Below, in pieces: positions 39,801 to 49,300 of a stretch of 64,000 bases of DNA (position 1 is the stretch's first letter; every line of letters begins with the position of its first letter). The notes under the pieces were generated by a model. The model did not search any database and had not been told where the DNA came from. It saw only the letters and a list, made by a program, of their open reading frames with translations. Origin of the DNA: Chitinophagales bacterium. GTDB taxonomy: Bacteria; Bacteroidota; Bacteroidia; Chitinophagales; LD1. Both the position numbers and the translations under genes were made by a program. Location: the NCBI GenBank assembly GCA_026129525.1, contig JAHCHW010000007.1:132561-196560 (forward strand), read 5' to 3'.

Positions 39801-40249
39801 TTTTTAATGACACTACCGTAGTTTTCCTTCCTAACTCAAACGATACGCAGGCAGTAGCCATTGTAATTATTGATGACAACCTGCACGAAGTAAACGAGCA
39901 GATTAACTTGAACCTTTCAGTAGTTTCGGGCGGTGCGGTATTAGGCATTAGCGCCTACACACTTACCATTGTTGACAACGATTCGGCTGTTGGAATTTCA
40001 AAATTGGATTGGGAAAACAATTTGAAAGTGTTCCCCAATCCTGTGCAAAACATGTTGAATGTTGAGAGCGATTATGATGCGGCTGAACTCCGAATTTCGG
40101 ATGTATTGGGCAATATTGTTGTTCCTGCCACTGCTTTGAACAAAGGAAAAAATATGATTGACATGAGCTACTTGCCGCAGGGTATGTATTTTATTACAGC
40201 AACCAATCAGGGAACCGCTGTTACCAAACGGTTACTGAAAACTGATTGA
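36872..40249 (+). CDS. Multidomain surface protein (1125 aa): plastocyanin-like cupredoxin, lamin-tail (LTD) domains and Calx-beta repeats, T9SS type A sorting domain
   Basis: Signal peptide. Cu ligand set H53 (GCHNV) and C94-x2-H97-x4-M102 (YQCDPHSGSGMTGVITV). LTD-like VWINEIHYDNIGNDTLEGFEI and LFFSEYVEGTSNNKALEIYNPT. Repeated Calx-beta-like DDxLxEGNET / DDNLYEFNET / DDNLIESSET / DDNLHEVNEQ. CTD KVFPNPVQNMLNV...GMYFITATNQG. Confidence 0.85.
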   Translation: MHKALLLSLMALAVIQLHATIHTVTVNSNFFSPASITIQAGDTIVWNCVSGCHNVNGSTTTFPSNPASFGNSVACSPWVYTFIFNTTGIYSYQCDPHSGSGMTGVITVNAATPTVVIPNVWINEIHYDNIGNDTLEGFEIAGPAGTNLACYKVYRYNGANGQLYGTNTLSGIIPNQACGFGAVWFPVPVDGMQNGSPDGIVLEYAPQATGCGVNHADTILQLLSYEGSFVATNGRANGLTLNDIGVSQNGNQPIGNSLQLGGVGNAYSQFTWQSSLANTYNNVNTNQYFCGTPVSTYRFSPTSLTVNENAGNIVAGYVKATNVYAPSQTVQIVLKTGSAADVNGYNTQTLTFTLGGVDSLPFNLIITDDALVEGTEVLEFVLRNPSLGSIHTDSIFSLTILDNDVPAPVVQFLTSLSSVPENADSVQIPVSITNPAATPTTVDIMIMPGSATLGVDYSYAPATITFPANSSTNQFLTVYIQNDLFAEGNETATFMLMNPSGGATVGTNGMHTLTIVDDDVQQIYFNAVSQTKIESAGTISLDVILNKPGATSTSVSLQLVSAGTTATQGVDFLFSDTVITWAQGTSGAVSIPITIIDDNLYEFNETVKLRLSNQTSGVFLVDTNFTLTIFDNDPLPTADCANLFFSEYVEGTSNNKALEIYNPTSNAINLADYRIYKSLNGGSSTGIFNLTGSIAAGDVYVLVYNQADSILKLKADTLTSFLNFNGNDALALLHLNDTIDVIGQIGIDPGTSWVVGTGSTVDHTLIRNYYTYKGSKDWQVAANQWDSHPVNLFDSLQFHHTAPCGTTPPMPKATLRFLGTSATVAEAVVTVNVIVETVNPSGQNANFVVARDNAASTAIAGLDYNFTNQTLSRGAGTSIDTVHIEVLDDNLIESSETVVLRFINVSSNVQIGADSVYVLTITDSDVLSVGFVGAGFSYVEDAGTVYVRVALSTQHSDTVKASVTLAAGNATKGTDFLFNDTTVVFLPNSNDTQAVAIVIIDDNLHEVNEQINLNLSVVSGGAVLGISAYTLTIVDNDSAVGISKLDWENNLKVFPNPVQNMLNVESDYDAAELRISDVLGNIVVPATALNKGKNMIDMSYLPQGMYFITATNQGTAVTKRLLKTD

Positions 40250-40270
40250 TATTCCATTCAAATCATTTTC

Positions 40271-40308
40271 AAAAAAAAACTCTGCTAACTCAATGAGCAG
40301 AGTTTTTT
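40271..40308 (+). terminator. Rho-independent terminator after the cupredoxin-fusion gene
   Basis: AACTCTGCT (40278-40286) pairs with AGCAGAGTT (40296-40304) across a 9 nt loop and runs into TTTTTT (40303-40308). It lies 22 nt after the stop codon. Confidence 0.65.
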
Positions 40309-40337
40309 ACTTTAACATTTGAACTAATAATGCAACC

Positions 40338-42713
40338 ATGAAGAAGATTATTTACACACTAACTGCTATTGTTGTTTGCAATATGCTGCTTGCTCAATTG
40401 CCGCAATTGAGTTTGTATTTGGTAAAGCAAACCTTCAATAAGCCTCTAGATGTTAAACACTGTGGCGACAACCGTTTGTTTATAGTGGAACAGGGAGGAT
40501 TGATACGCATTATGAGTAAGAATGGCGATGTTAATCCAACTCCGTTTTTAAATATCACTTCGCAAGTGCTTTCATCGGGCAACGAGCAGGGATTGTTGGG
40601 ATTGGCGTTTAGCCCCAACTATAAAGAAGACGGCTACTTTTATGTGAACTATACCACAAGTCCCAGTCCCGGCACAACCGTTATCTCACGGTTCAGTGTT
40701 AATCCGCTCGATTCAAACGAAGCAGATATAAACAGCGAAGAAATACTGCTCACCTTCGATCAGCCATACACCAACCACAATGGAGGCAACATGATGTTCG
40801 GGCAGGATGGGTATTTGTATATCTCTACAGGCGATGGCGGTAACCAAAACGACCCGCAAGGTAACGGGCAAAACGTAAACACTTTACTCGGAAAACTATT
40901 GCGAATTGATGTAACCAACCAATCGCCTTATGCCATACCGGGCGATAATCCATTTGCCGGAGACCCTGATGCTATGGAAGAAGTGTGGGCTTATGGGTTG
41001 CGTAACCCTTGGCGGTGCAGTGTTGACCGTTTAACCGGTGACATTTGGATTGCCGATGTAGGGCAAAATGTGTATGAGGAAATAAATTTTCAAGAGGCCA
41101 ACAGTGCCGGTGGTGAAAACTACGGGTGGCGTTGCCGCGAGGGATTGTCGGCTTGCAGCACCTGCAACACAACAGGTTGTTCGGGTTTAACTTTTACCGA
41201 TCCTGTTTTTCAGTATTCTCATTCTAATTTTTCAAGCTGCTCGGTTACGGGAGGTTATGTTTACCGCGGAGCACAGTACAGTAAGTTATTCGGCAAATAC
41301 ATTTTTGCCGATTATTGCAGCGGGCAGTTTTGGAGCATAAAACGCCTGCCCAACGGCACCTTCGACCCCGATACGCTTCAGGATTTTACCAATAATCAGT
41401 TTACATCGTTTGGCGAGGATAACAATGGAGAACTGTATGTTACTTACCGCGGAAGCACAACTACCAACGGCAGAATTTACCGCATTACCGAAACCAGCGA
41501 CTGCAAACCTGTGGCATTTATCACATTTGAGGATACCATTTCGGGGTGTGCTCCGGTAAAGTTGACTGCTCTTGTAGGCGACACACTCAATTACCAATGG
41601 TTCAATTCAGCAGGAGCCATAAATGGAGCAAACAATTATGAATTTGCCGCAACACAATCAGGCTGGTATAAAGTTCGCGTTTCAAAACAACAAGCCGGTT
41701 GCCAAACCATGTCCGACTCGGTTTATGTAAAAGTAAACGATACTACAGCACTCAGCATTGCGCCCGTTTCCTTAGAGTATTGCATCAATCATCCCCCGGT
41801 GGCAATCAACACTCATGTTTCGCCTATGGGCGGAGTGTTAAGCGGCAGCGGGGTTAGTGGTATTGGCATTAACCCTTCGGTTGCAGGCATTGGTACTAAA
41901 ACAATAACTTATACCTACACCAATAACTTTGGCTGCGTTTCCATGGTAAAATTTCCGGTTGTAATAAACGACACTACCGCACTTACTGTTCCTGATCCTA
42001 CCGTAAAATATTGCATAAAAGAGAATCAAGTTTCCGTTAATGGACTTGTGTTGCCTAAAGGCGGTGTTTACAGTTCATCATTTGTAAACAGCGATACCCT
42101 GTTAAATCTTACCGCTGCCGGTACAGGCACAACCGTTATTCAATATCAATACAACAACAATGCAGGCTGTGCCTCACACGCAACAGTAAGTGCCGATATT
42201 GGCGATACAACAGCATTAACTGTTGACAGCAGCAATGTAACTGTTTGCATAAATGGAAATGCTGTTCCACTTGCAGGTTTTGTATCGCCTGCCGGAGGAA
42301 CATATTCAGGCACCGGAGTTGCGGGCAATGTATTTACGGCTTCGGCAACCCCCGGCATTGTACCCATCAACTATAGTTTCCAGAACAGTTACGGATGCGA
42401 ATCGTCAAGAACATTTAACATAACGGTTGATTTATGTTTGGGTATAACTTATATGGAGCAAAACATAAGTATTCGGGTAGTTCCGAATCCTGCGAATGAT
42501 TTTTTTACCTTGTTTATTGAAAGTAACAATGAACGAAAAGTAAGTTTGCAACTTGCCGACTTGAGCGGAAAAGTTTGTTTCAGCGGCATTTTACAACTGA
42601 ACAACTCAGCAACAAACCATCGAATAGATATTTCTCATTTATCTAAAGGAATTTATGCTGTAATCCTTAAAGGAGACGAAAGCATTTTTGTAAGAAGGTT
42701 AGTGATTGAGTAA
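40338..42713 (+). CDS. PQQ-dependent sugar dehydrogenase (sGDH/sorbosone dehydrogenase family) with three Ig-like repeats and T9SS type A sorting domain
   Basis: EQGLLGLAFSPNY, NHNGGNMMFGQDGYLYISTGDGG, LGKLLRIDV...PGDNPF and WAYGLRNPWR...DVGQNVYEEIN...GENYGWRCREG. Three repeats of about 77 aa each begin with DTTAL. CTD VVPNPANDFFTLFI...GIYAVILKG. Confidence 0.88.
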   Translation: MKKIIYTLTAIVVCNMLLAQLPQLSLYLVKQTFNKPLDVKHCGDNRLFIVEQGGLIRIMSKNGDVNPTPFLNITSQVLSSGNEQGLLGLAFSPNYKEDGYFYVNYTTSPSPGTTVISRFSVNPLDSNEADINSEEILLTFDQPYTNHNGGNMMFGQDGYLYISTGDGGNQNDPQGNGQNVNTLLGKLLRIDVTNQSPYAIPGDNPFAGDPDAMEEVWAYGLRNPWRCSVDRLTGDIWIADVGQNVYEEINFQEANSAGGENYGWRCREGLSACSTCNTTGCSGLTFTDPVFQYSHSNFSSCSVTGGYVYRGAQYSKLFGKYIFADYCSGQFWSIKRLPNGTFDPDTLQDFTNNQFTSFGEDNNGELYVTYRGSTTTNGRIYRITETSDCKPVAFITFEDTISGCAPVKLTALVGDTLNYQWFNSAGAINGANNYEFAATQSGWYKVRVSKQQAGCQTMSDSVYVKVNDTTALSIAPVSLEYCINHPPVAINTHVSPMGGVLSGSGVSGIGINPSVAGIGTKTITYTYTNNFGCVSMVKFPVVINDTTALTVPDPTVKYCIKENQVSVNGLVLPKGGVYSSSFVNSDTLLNLTAAGTGTTVIQYQYNNNAGCASHATVSADIGDTTALTVDSSNVTVCINGNAVPLAGFVSPAGGTYSGTGVAGNVFTASATPGIVPINYSFQNSYGCESSRTFNITVDLCLGITYMEQNISIRVVPNPANDFFTLFIESNNERKVSLQLADLSGKVCFSGILQLNNSATNHRIDISHLSKGIYAVILKGDESIFVRRLVIE

Positions 42714-44296
42714 TGAAGCAATTACTTTTTCTTTTTCTGCTCTTTTGCGGAGTCACACATGCGCAACAAATTTTTAGTTTACGTTTAGAGCCGGCAACAC
42801 TTACTTCGGTTCCTGCGGTGCATTCGGGTGCTTTTGGCATTTACGACAGTACTTGGTTTTTTATTGGCGGAAGAACCAACGGGCTGCATGGTTTTCAGCC
42901 GCCTTTTGCTTTTCCCACAAGCGGCATTAACGACAAAATCTATTTTGTAAATCCGGCAACCGACCAGCGTTGGGAGCAGGATGTGTATTCGCTGCCCGAT
43001 AGCATTCGCGAGCCACTTACATCTTCTAACATGCAGTTTTATCTACGCGATACTATGCTGTATATGGTTGGTGGTTACGGTTGGAAAGACACCATACAAA
43101 ACTTTGTTACTTGGAACACACTTACGGCAATAAACCTGAAAGGATTGAAAGATGCAGTAATCAGCAATCAACCTATTGCTCCTTACTTTCGGCAAATAGC
43201 CGATTCAGTACTGGCAGTTTGCGGAGCGCATTTACATAAGCTCGATTCGGTGTATTATCTCGTTTTTGGTCATCGGTTTGATGGTTATTACGACCGCAGC
43301 GATACAACCGGCTTTCATGTGCAGGAATACACACACGAAATCAGAAAATTTCAGATTGAAGACGATGGCACTACTCTGAACATTAAGAACTACGCTGCAG
43401 TAAGAGATACCGCCAACTTCAGAAGAAGAGATTACAACCTGGTTCCCTTTTTAGACCCATACAAAGGCGAAGGCTTACTGGCTTTCAGCGGAGTATTTCA
43501 AAAACATATTGACCTCCCTTATCTCAACTGTATCGAAATTTTTCCGGACACAGTTATCGTGCGAAACGATTTCAATCAGAACCTGAGCCAGTATCACGCT
43601 GCGGTGGGATTGATTTTTGATTCGGTTAGTTTTATACAGCACAACATTTTCTTTGGCGGCATGAGCATGTATTACATTGATACGCTCACCGGGCAAACCG
43701 TTACCGATTCGTTTGTGCCGTTTGTGCAAACTATTAGCGATGTTGCTCGCGATGTGGACAGAAATTACCACGAAATAAATGCCGGTATTCGAATGCCTGC
43801 CTTGCAGGGCACAAACGCTTATTTTTTTCCTGACTTAGCAGCGCCAAAATATCGCCATCATTTTGTTCACTTAAATCAGTTGCCCGCACAGCAGCGCATT
43901 GGCTATTTAACCAGTGGTATCGAAAGTCCCGAACTGAACATCAGCTTTACTGACCCTTCGCTCAGCTTTGCCGGTCAGCAGGTGTATGAGGTTTACCTTG
44001 ACCGTGTAACAGGCATTGCTACTAATGCTATTATAAATGAGGTGTTCAACTTTTACTGCTATCCAAATCCTGTGAACGGTTCCGCGCAAATATTCTTTGA
44101 ACTTGCCGAGCCCAAACAAATAAAAATTGAAATCACCGATGTGAGCGGTAAGCTCTTGCAAGTTGTTACGGAAAATGTTTATGCTGAAGGGAAACATCAA
44201 CTGGCAGTAAATGTTTCAACCCTACCTGCCGGTGTTTATAATTGTGTATTAAGCGCAGGCAAGCAGCGTAAGGCGGTACGCTTGATAAAACGGTAG
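42713..44296 (+). CDS. Secreted Kelch-like/beta-propeller-like protein with T9SS type A sorting domain
   Basis: Signal peptide MKQLLFLFLLFCGVTHAQ. Recurrent propeller-blade-like motifs (WFFIGGRTNG, MLYMVGGYGW, YYLVFGHRFDG, LLAFSGVF, IFFGGMSMYY). CTD CYPNPVNGSAQIFF...GVYNCVLSAG. Its ATG overlaps the upstream TAA (TAATG). Confidence 0.72.
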   Translation: MKQLLFLFLLFCGVTHAQQIFSLRLEPATLTSVPAVHSGAFGIYDSTWFFIGGRTNGLHGFQPPFAFPTSGINDKIYFVNPATDQRWEQDVYSLPDSIREPLTSSNMQFYLRDTMLYMVGGYGWKDTIQNFVTWNTLTAINLKGLKDAVISNQPIAPYFRQIADSVLAVCGAHLHKLDSVYYLVFGHRFDGYYDRSDTTGFHVQEYTHEIRKFQIEDDGTTLNIKNYAAVRDTANFRRRDYNLVPFLDPYKGEGLLAFSGVFQKHIDLPYLNCIEIFPDTVIVRNDFNQNLSQYHAAVGLIFDSVSFIQHNIFFGGMSMYYIDTLTGQTVTDSFVPFVQTISDVARDVDRNYHEINAGIRMPALQGTNAYFFPDLAAPKYRHHFVHLNQLPAQQRIGYLTSGIESPELNISFTDPSLSFAGQQVYEVYLDRVTGIATNAIINEVFNFYCYPNPVNGSAQIFFELAEPKQIKIEITDVSGKLLQVVTENVYAEGKHQLAVNVSTLPAGVYNCVLSAGKQRKAVRLIKR

Positions 44297-44330
44297 CACT
44301 CTCCCCAATCTGTGAATCTGTAGCATAGTT

Positions 44331-46193
44331 TCACCTCGCTAAAAAATCATCCATCAGCAACTGAAGCAAAGCAGCACCTTTTGTGCGTAGTAATTCTTTC
44401 TCTTTTTCGGTAGCGGCAGTATTGGTGCTCCGGTTGTATTTTTTATTCCAAACCATACAACCGGTATTGTCGCAAAAGCCAAAGCCTTCGTTGAAGGTGT
44501 AAAAAGCAAATTCATTGGTGTAGGGATTCATCAGGTTCTTGCCCCAACGGTAGCCTTTGTAAGGTAAATTCAATTGATGTAAAAGTGTTACGGCAACATC
44601 ATTTTGCGAACCAATACGCTTGTTTTGCTTACCCTTAAATTCTTCTTTTAAGGCACCTCCGGTTAACAGAACAGGAATGCTGTAATGCTCTTTCGAATCG
44701 TAAGCATGGTTGCGCGGGGTGCGATGCCCATGGTCCGATACCAGAATAAAAACTGTGCTGTCGTACAACGGATGATTTTTTATTTCGGCAAATAGATTTC
44801 CCAACTGCCTGTCGGAGTATGCCACGCTGTTTAAATAACTGTTTTCAGCATCGCCCCAGCCAATCGGAAAATGTGTAGGCGCATCGAAAGGCGAGTGAGT
44901 ACTGAGGGTGTAATAACAAGAAAAGAAGGGCGATTTAAAGTTTGAAAGCGAATCGCGCCATAGTAGAGCCGTAAGCGAATCGTGCACTCCCATTTGCCCC
45001 GAAGGCAAGGCGGGCATATCTTTTCGCTCCATTACTACCGAAAAATTGTGCCGATAGATATACTGTTTAATACCTCCGTAAATTAAATGTCCGCCATAAA
45101 TAAACGAAGTGTGATAGCCCGCTTTGTTAAACTCATTGCCAATACAATCCAACTTGGTTTGCTTTTCGGCAGTATTGATAACCGAGCCGAAAGTAAGCGC
45201 AGGAAAAGAACTAAGTATGGCAGGAATACCTTGATCGCTGATGTGCCCGCTGCTGAGGATATTACTGAACAGATAGCTTTCTTCCACCAATTTGTTCATA
45301 AAAGGAGCAACACTATCGTATCCTCCGGTGGCTTTCAACATATCATTGTGCCAGCCCTCAAGAATAATGATGCACACATTTGGTTTTGAAAGCGTAAAAA
45401 GAGAAACAGTAGTGTCTTTCTCAACAGCAAATAACTCATCGAAAATCCTTTGGGCATCGGCAGTTTCCATAGTTTGGTAAATATTGCTTTGCTGCGATTT
45501 TCTCGATTCGATAAAACTGTGCCCGAGGTTCCAAAGTGCGTTAATGGCTCCATCGTTGGCACAGGCATTTTTCGAAAAACAAACTTCGCCTTCGTTAATA
45601 GGAATGACCTGCCAGCCTCCACGACAGCCTAACACAAGCAATACAGCACTAACGGCAAGGAAAGAGAATGCTTTCAGAAACTTAACTCGAAAAGATTGTG
45701 ATGAAGGAACAGGATGGTCGCCTGTAACAAAACGATACATTAGCAAAGCTGAAACTCCGCAAACGGCAATAGAAATAAATACTGCCGCAAAAAGTTTGAA
45801 GGATACATAACTCAACACTTCTTCGGGATGAAAAATGCGCGAGAACAGATTGTAGTAAAGTTTTACATGCAACTCCTGATAAATACCAATCTCACTAAGC
45901 GAAAGCAATACATAAAACAGCGAAACAAAAAGAAAGTAAAAGTCAAAAACGCGATGAAGCAGTTTATTGCCGGTGAAGTAAGAAGAAGTTAGGAGCAGCA
46001 ACGGAACAAAAAGAAGATACGAAGCGGTTGAAATATCTAAAGGTAGCGCATGATACAGCGCTCCGAAAAATAAACTGAAAGTATCGGGGTGTAACTCGCT
46101 GATGAGAGAAAGCAAAAACGCTACACGGCAAAGTGTGAACAATGCCATTAAATAAATAAAGCAACGCAACAGTTTTACAAATGGACTTCGCAT
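44331..46193 (-). CDS. LTA synthase family protein / membrane-anchored sulfatase-fold phosphotransferase
   Basis: Five N-terminal TM segments, then an alkaline-phosphatase-superfamily domain with PNVCIIILEGWHN and ILVSDHGHR motifs. Confidence 0.82.
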   Translation of the reverse strand: MRSPFVKLLRCFIYLMALFTLCRVAFLLSLISELHPDTFSLFFGALYHALPLDISTASYLLFVPLLLLTSSYFTGNKLLHRVFDFYFLFVSLFYVLLSLSEIGIYQELHVKLYYNLFSRIFHPEEVLSYVSFKLFAAVFISIAVCGVSALLMYRFVTGDHPVPSSQSFRVKFLKAFSFLAVSAVLLVLGCRGGWQVIPINEGEVCFSKNACANDGAINALWNLGHSFIESRKSQQSNIYQTMETADAQRIFDELFAVEKDTTVSLFTLSKPNVCIIILEGWHNDMLKATGGYDSVAPFMNKLVEESYLFSNILSSGHISDQGIPAILSSFPALTFGSVINTAEKQTKLDCIGNEFNKAGYHTSFIYGGHLIYGGIKQYIYRHNFSVVMERKDMPALPSGQMGVHDSLTALLWRDSLSNFKSPFFSCYYTLSTHSPFDAPTHFPIGWGDAENSYLNSVAYSDRQLGNLFAEIKNHPLYDSTVFILVSDHGHRTPRNHAYDSKEHYSIPVLLTGGALKEEFKGKQNKRIGSQNDVAVTLLHQLNLPYKGYRWGKNLMNPYTNEFAFYTFNEGFGFCDNTGCMVWNKKYNRSTNTAATEKEKELLRTKGAALLQLLMDDFLAR

Positions 46194-46260
46194 AAAGCAA
46201 GAATACGAACAACCCGCTAAAGTTGAGTAGTGCTTATTGTTTCCAACTCACACCATCGCA

Positions 46261-46294
46261 AATAAAAACGCCCCGCAAAAATGCGAGGCGTTTT
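46261..46294 (-). terminator. Rho-independent terminator after the 2510 aa adhesin gene
   Basis: Minus-strand RNA AAAACGCCUCGCA UUUU UGCGGGGCGUUUUUAUU. The single non-Watson-Crick position is a G-U wobble on the minus strand but a C-A mismatch on the plus strand, which supports the minus orientation. Confidence 0.7.
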
Positions 46295-46315
46295 ACAAAC
46301 TCTTTTAAAAGTTGA

Positions 46316-49300
46316 TTACTTCATAATCGTAACCGTTCCGGCAAACTCTTTCTCAACGGCATCCCAGTAGGTAACTTTCATGCGATACACATAGGTATCT
46401 TCGGGTGCTTTCTTGCCATCTACATTTCCATCCCAACCGTTCGATTGTGTAATGCCGTTTGGCTGCGAAGGGTTGTAATATACTTGCTGCCCCCAACGGT
46501 TAAAAATTCTGATTTCGATATTGGTAGCTCCCAGTAAATCGAATTCAAAGAAATCGTTCAGTCCATCGCCATTAGGTGTAAAAGCTGAAGGGATGAATGC
46601 TGAGGGTTGGTTGAGTACCGTAATAGTAATGGTATCAGATGCTAAACACGAATCGGCATTCATTACATAAACCAAAAATGTAGTAGTAGTGCGTGGGAAC
46701 ACATATGGTGCAGGGCAGTTAGCAGGGTTAGCACATCCGTTGTAATTCACCAGCGAATCGGGAACCCAAAAGTAATGTGTAATAGGAGCATCGGAAGTAG
46801 CAACAGCTACTAACTGTGTTTCCATTCCGGTTAAAATAACTTGCTGTGTAGTACCGAGATCAACCGAAATTTGCCCGGGCGATGCAATTACAAAATCGGT
46901 GGTTCCCTGGCAACCGTTTACATCGGAAACTAAAACCGTATAACTGCCCGGATACAGGTTAACAAAGTTGCCACCGCTTTGTGCAACACCGTTCAGCAAG
47001 TAAGTGTATGGAGGAAAACCTCCTGTAACCGATGTATTCACTAAACCATTGGCTACATTAAAGCACTTTGCACCTTGCACATCGGCACTTACTACAATTT
47101 TTGCAGGGTCAGTTAACACACCTGTCTCCGTAGCTGAACATGCTTTACTGTCAGTAACCGTAAGCGGATAACTTCCCGCCACTAATCCACCAACTGAAAT
47201 GCCCGACTGCGAAGGAGTTGTTCCCCAATTATACGTGTAAGGCGCTACACCACCGCTTACAATAGCAGTAAGTGTTCCGGTATTGCCACCATTGCAAATT
47301 GGATTGATGGATGCAATGCTTACAAGAATTTCATTGCCTTGCCCAACAGTAAACGAAGCCGACTTGAGGCAGCCGTTTGCATCGCTTACGGCAACCGTGT
47401 AAGTGTTGGCAACAACATTTTGCAGGTCTTCGGTAAATGCCCCGTTGCTCCATACAAACGTGTAGCCGGGCACACCGCCTGTAACACTTATGTTAACTGC
47501 TCCGGTTGCTGCACCAAAACATTCTGCATCGGTAACAACTCCGCTAATAACTATTTCAGTTGGTTGTGTTAACTGAATGCTGTCGTAGGTAAAGCAACCG
47601 CTCGAATCGGTCAATTGAACCGTGTACTTTCCGGCAGGTAAACCATACACAGCCGAATCGGTATCAAAAGTGTTCCACAGGTAGTAGTAAGGAGTTCTGC
47701 CTCCTGCCGGAATAGCGGCTACCTTACCACTGTTATCACCAAAGCAATTTAAATTAGTGCCAACTGCATTTACGGTAAGCACTGCCGGCTCTTTAACCGG
47801 ATAAAGCGTAGCTGCTAAGCACCCGTTGGCATCGGTAACTGTAACGTAATAATTGCCTCCGGGCAAATTGCCTACATCTTCCGTTGATGGTCCGTTCGAC
47901 CATTCGAAAGCATACGGCAACGTTCCACCGTAAGCGGTTATATCAATAAAGCCATCCGAAAATCCGTGGCAGGTTACATCTTTAATAAACCCTGAGGTAA
48001 CTAATGGCAGCGGCTCAGTTAATGTAGCTGAATCAATTTTTGTGCAGCCTTTCGAGTCGGTCATGGTAACAATGTAAGTACCTTCCGTTAAGCCCGATAT
48101 ATCTTCAGTAGTAGCGCCATTATTCCAAAGATATGTAAACGATGGAGTTCCGCCTGATGGAATTAAATCAATAGAGCCATCGGCACTGCCAAAGCATTTT
48201 GGATGATAAGCGAAGAAGTTGGCAGTAATGGCAGATGGGTTAATAATGGTTACCGAAGTTGTTGCCGTACACAAGTTGTTATCGGTTACAGTAACCGCAT
48301 AAACACCGTTTTGCAGGTTTGCCAAATCTTGTGTAGAAGCACCATTACTCCATGCATAAGAATATGGAGTGGTTCCTCCCGTTACAGTTAAGTCAATAGC
48401 ACCATCGTTAGCATTGTAGCAACTGATATTACTGATGGTGGTGGTAAGATGAAGCGGTGCAGGTTCGTTAATGAACACCGAATCTTTCTTGGTACAGCCG
48501 TTGGCATCGGTAATAATTACAAAATACATTCCACCACTTAAACCTGTTATGTCTTCAATGCCCTGGAAGTTCGACCACAGGTAACTGTAAGGCGGAGTGC
48601 CGCCATTTACCGCAAGGTTAGCAGCACCATTCGAAGCGCCAAAGCAGGTTACATCAACTCCTTGTGTAAACGAGATGAGCGGCAGCGGCTCGGTAATGTT
48701 GAACGACTGCGTGAGTGTGCAACTGTTTACATCGGTTATTGTTACTGAATAAGCACCTGCAGTAAGGAAGAAAGCATCTTCGTTGGTGGTATTGTTGCTC
48801 CATGCAAACGAATACGGAAACACACCTCCATTTACCGTAATATCAATAGAACCAGTTGCCGCACCGGCACAGGGCACATTTATTACCGAAGCCGTTAACA
48901 CTAGCGAAGCAGGCTGATTTACGGTGTACGAAGCAACAGCACTACAACCGTTTACATCGTTCACAGTTACAGTGTAGTTACCTGCACCTACATTGGCAAT
49001 ATCTTGTGTTGACGCGTTATTGCTCCATGAATAAGTGTATGGTGTATTGCCGCCAGTTACAGTAATATCCACTGCACCTGTAGTGTTTCCGTTGCACAAT
49101 ACATTTGTAACAATACCGGTAATGGTCAGCGGAAGCCCTTCATTAACGGTAATTGAATTGGCTGCGGTACACGCATTGGCATCAGTTACAATTACGGTGT
49201 AGTTTCCACCGGTAATGTTCTGCAAATCTTCGGTAGTTGCTCCGTTGTTCCACAAATAAGTGTAAGGACTCGCTCCACCGCCTACAGTTAAATCAATACT

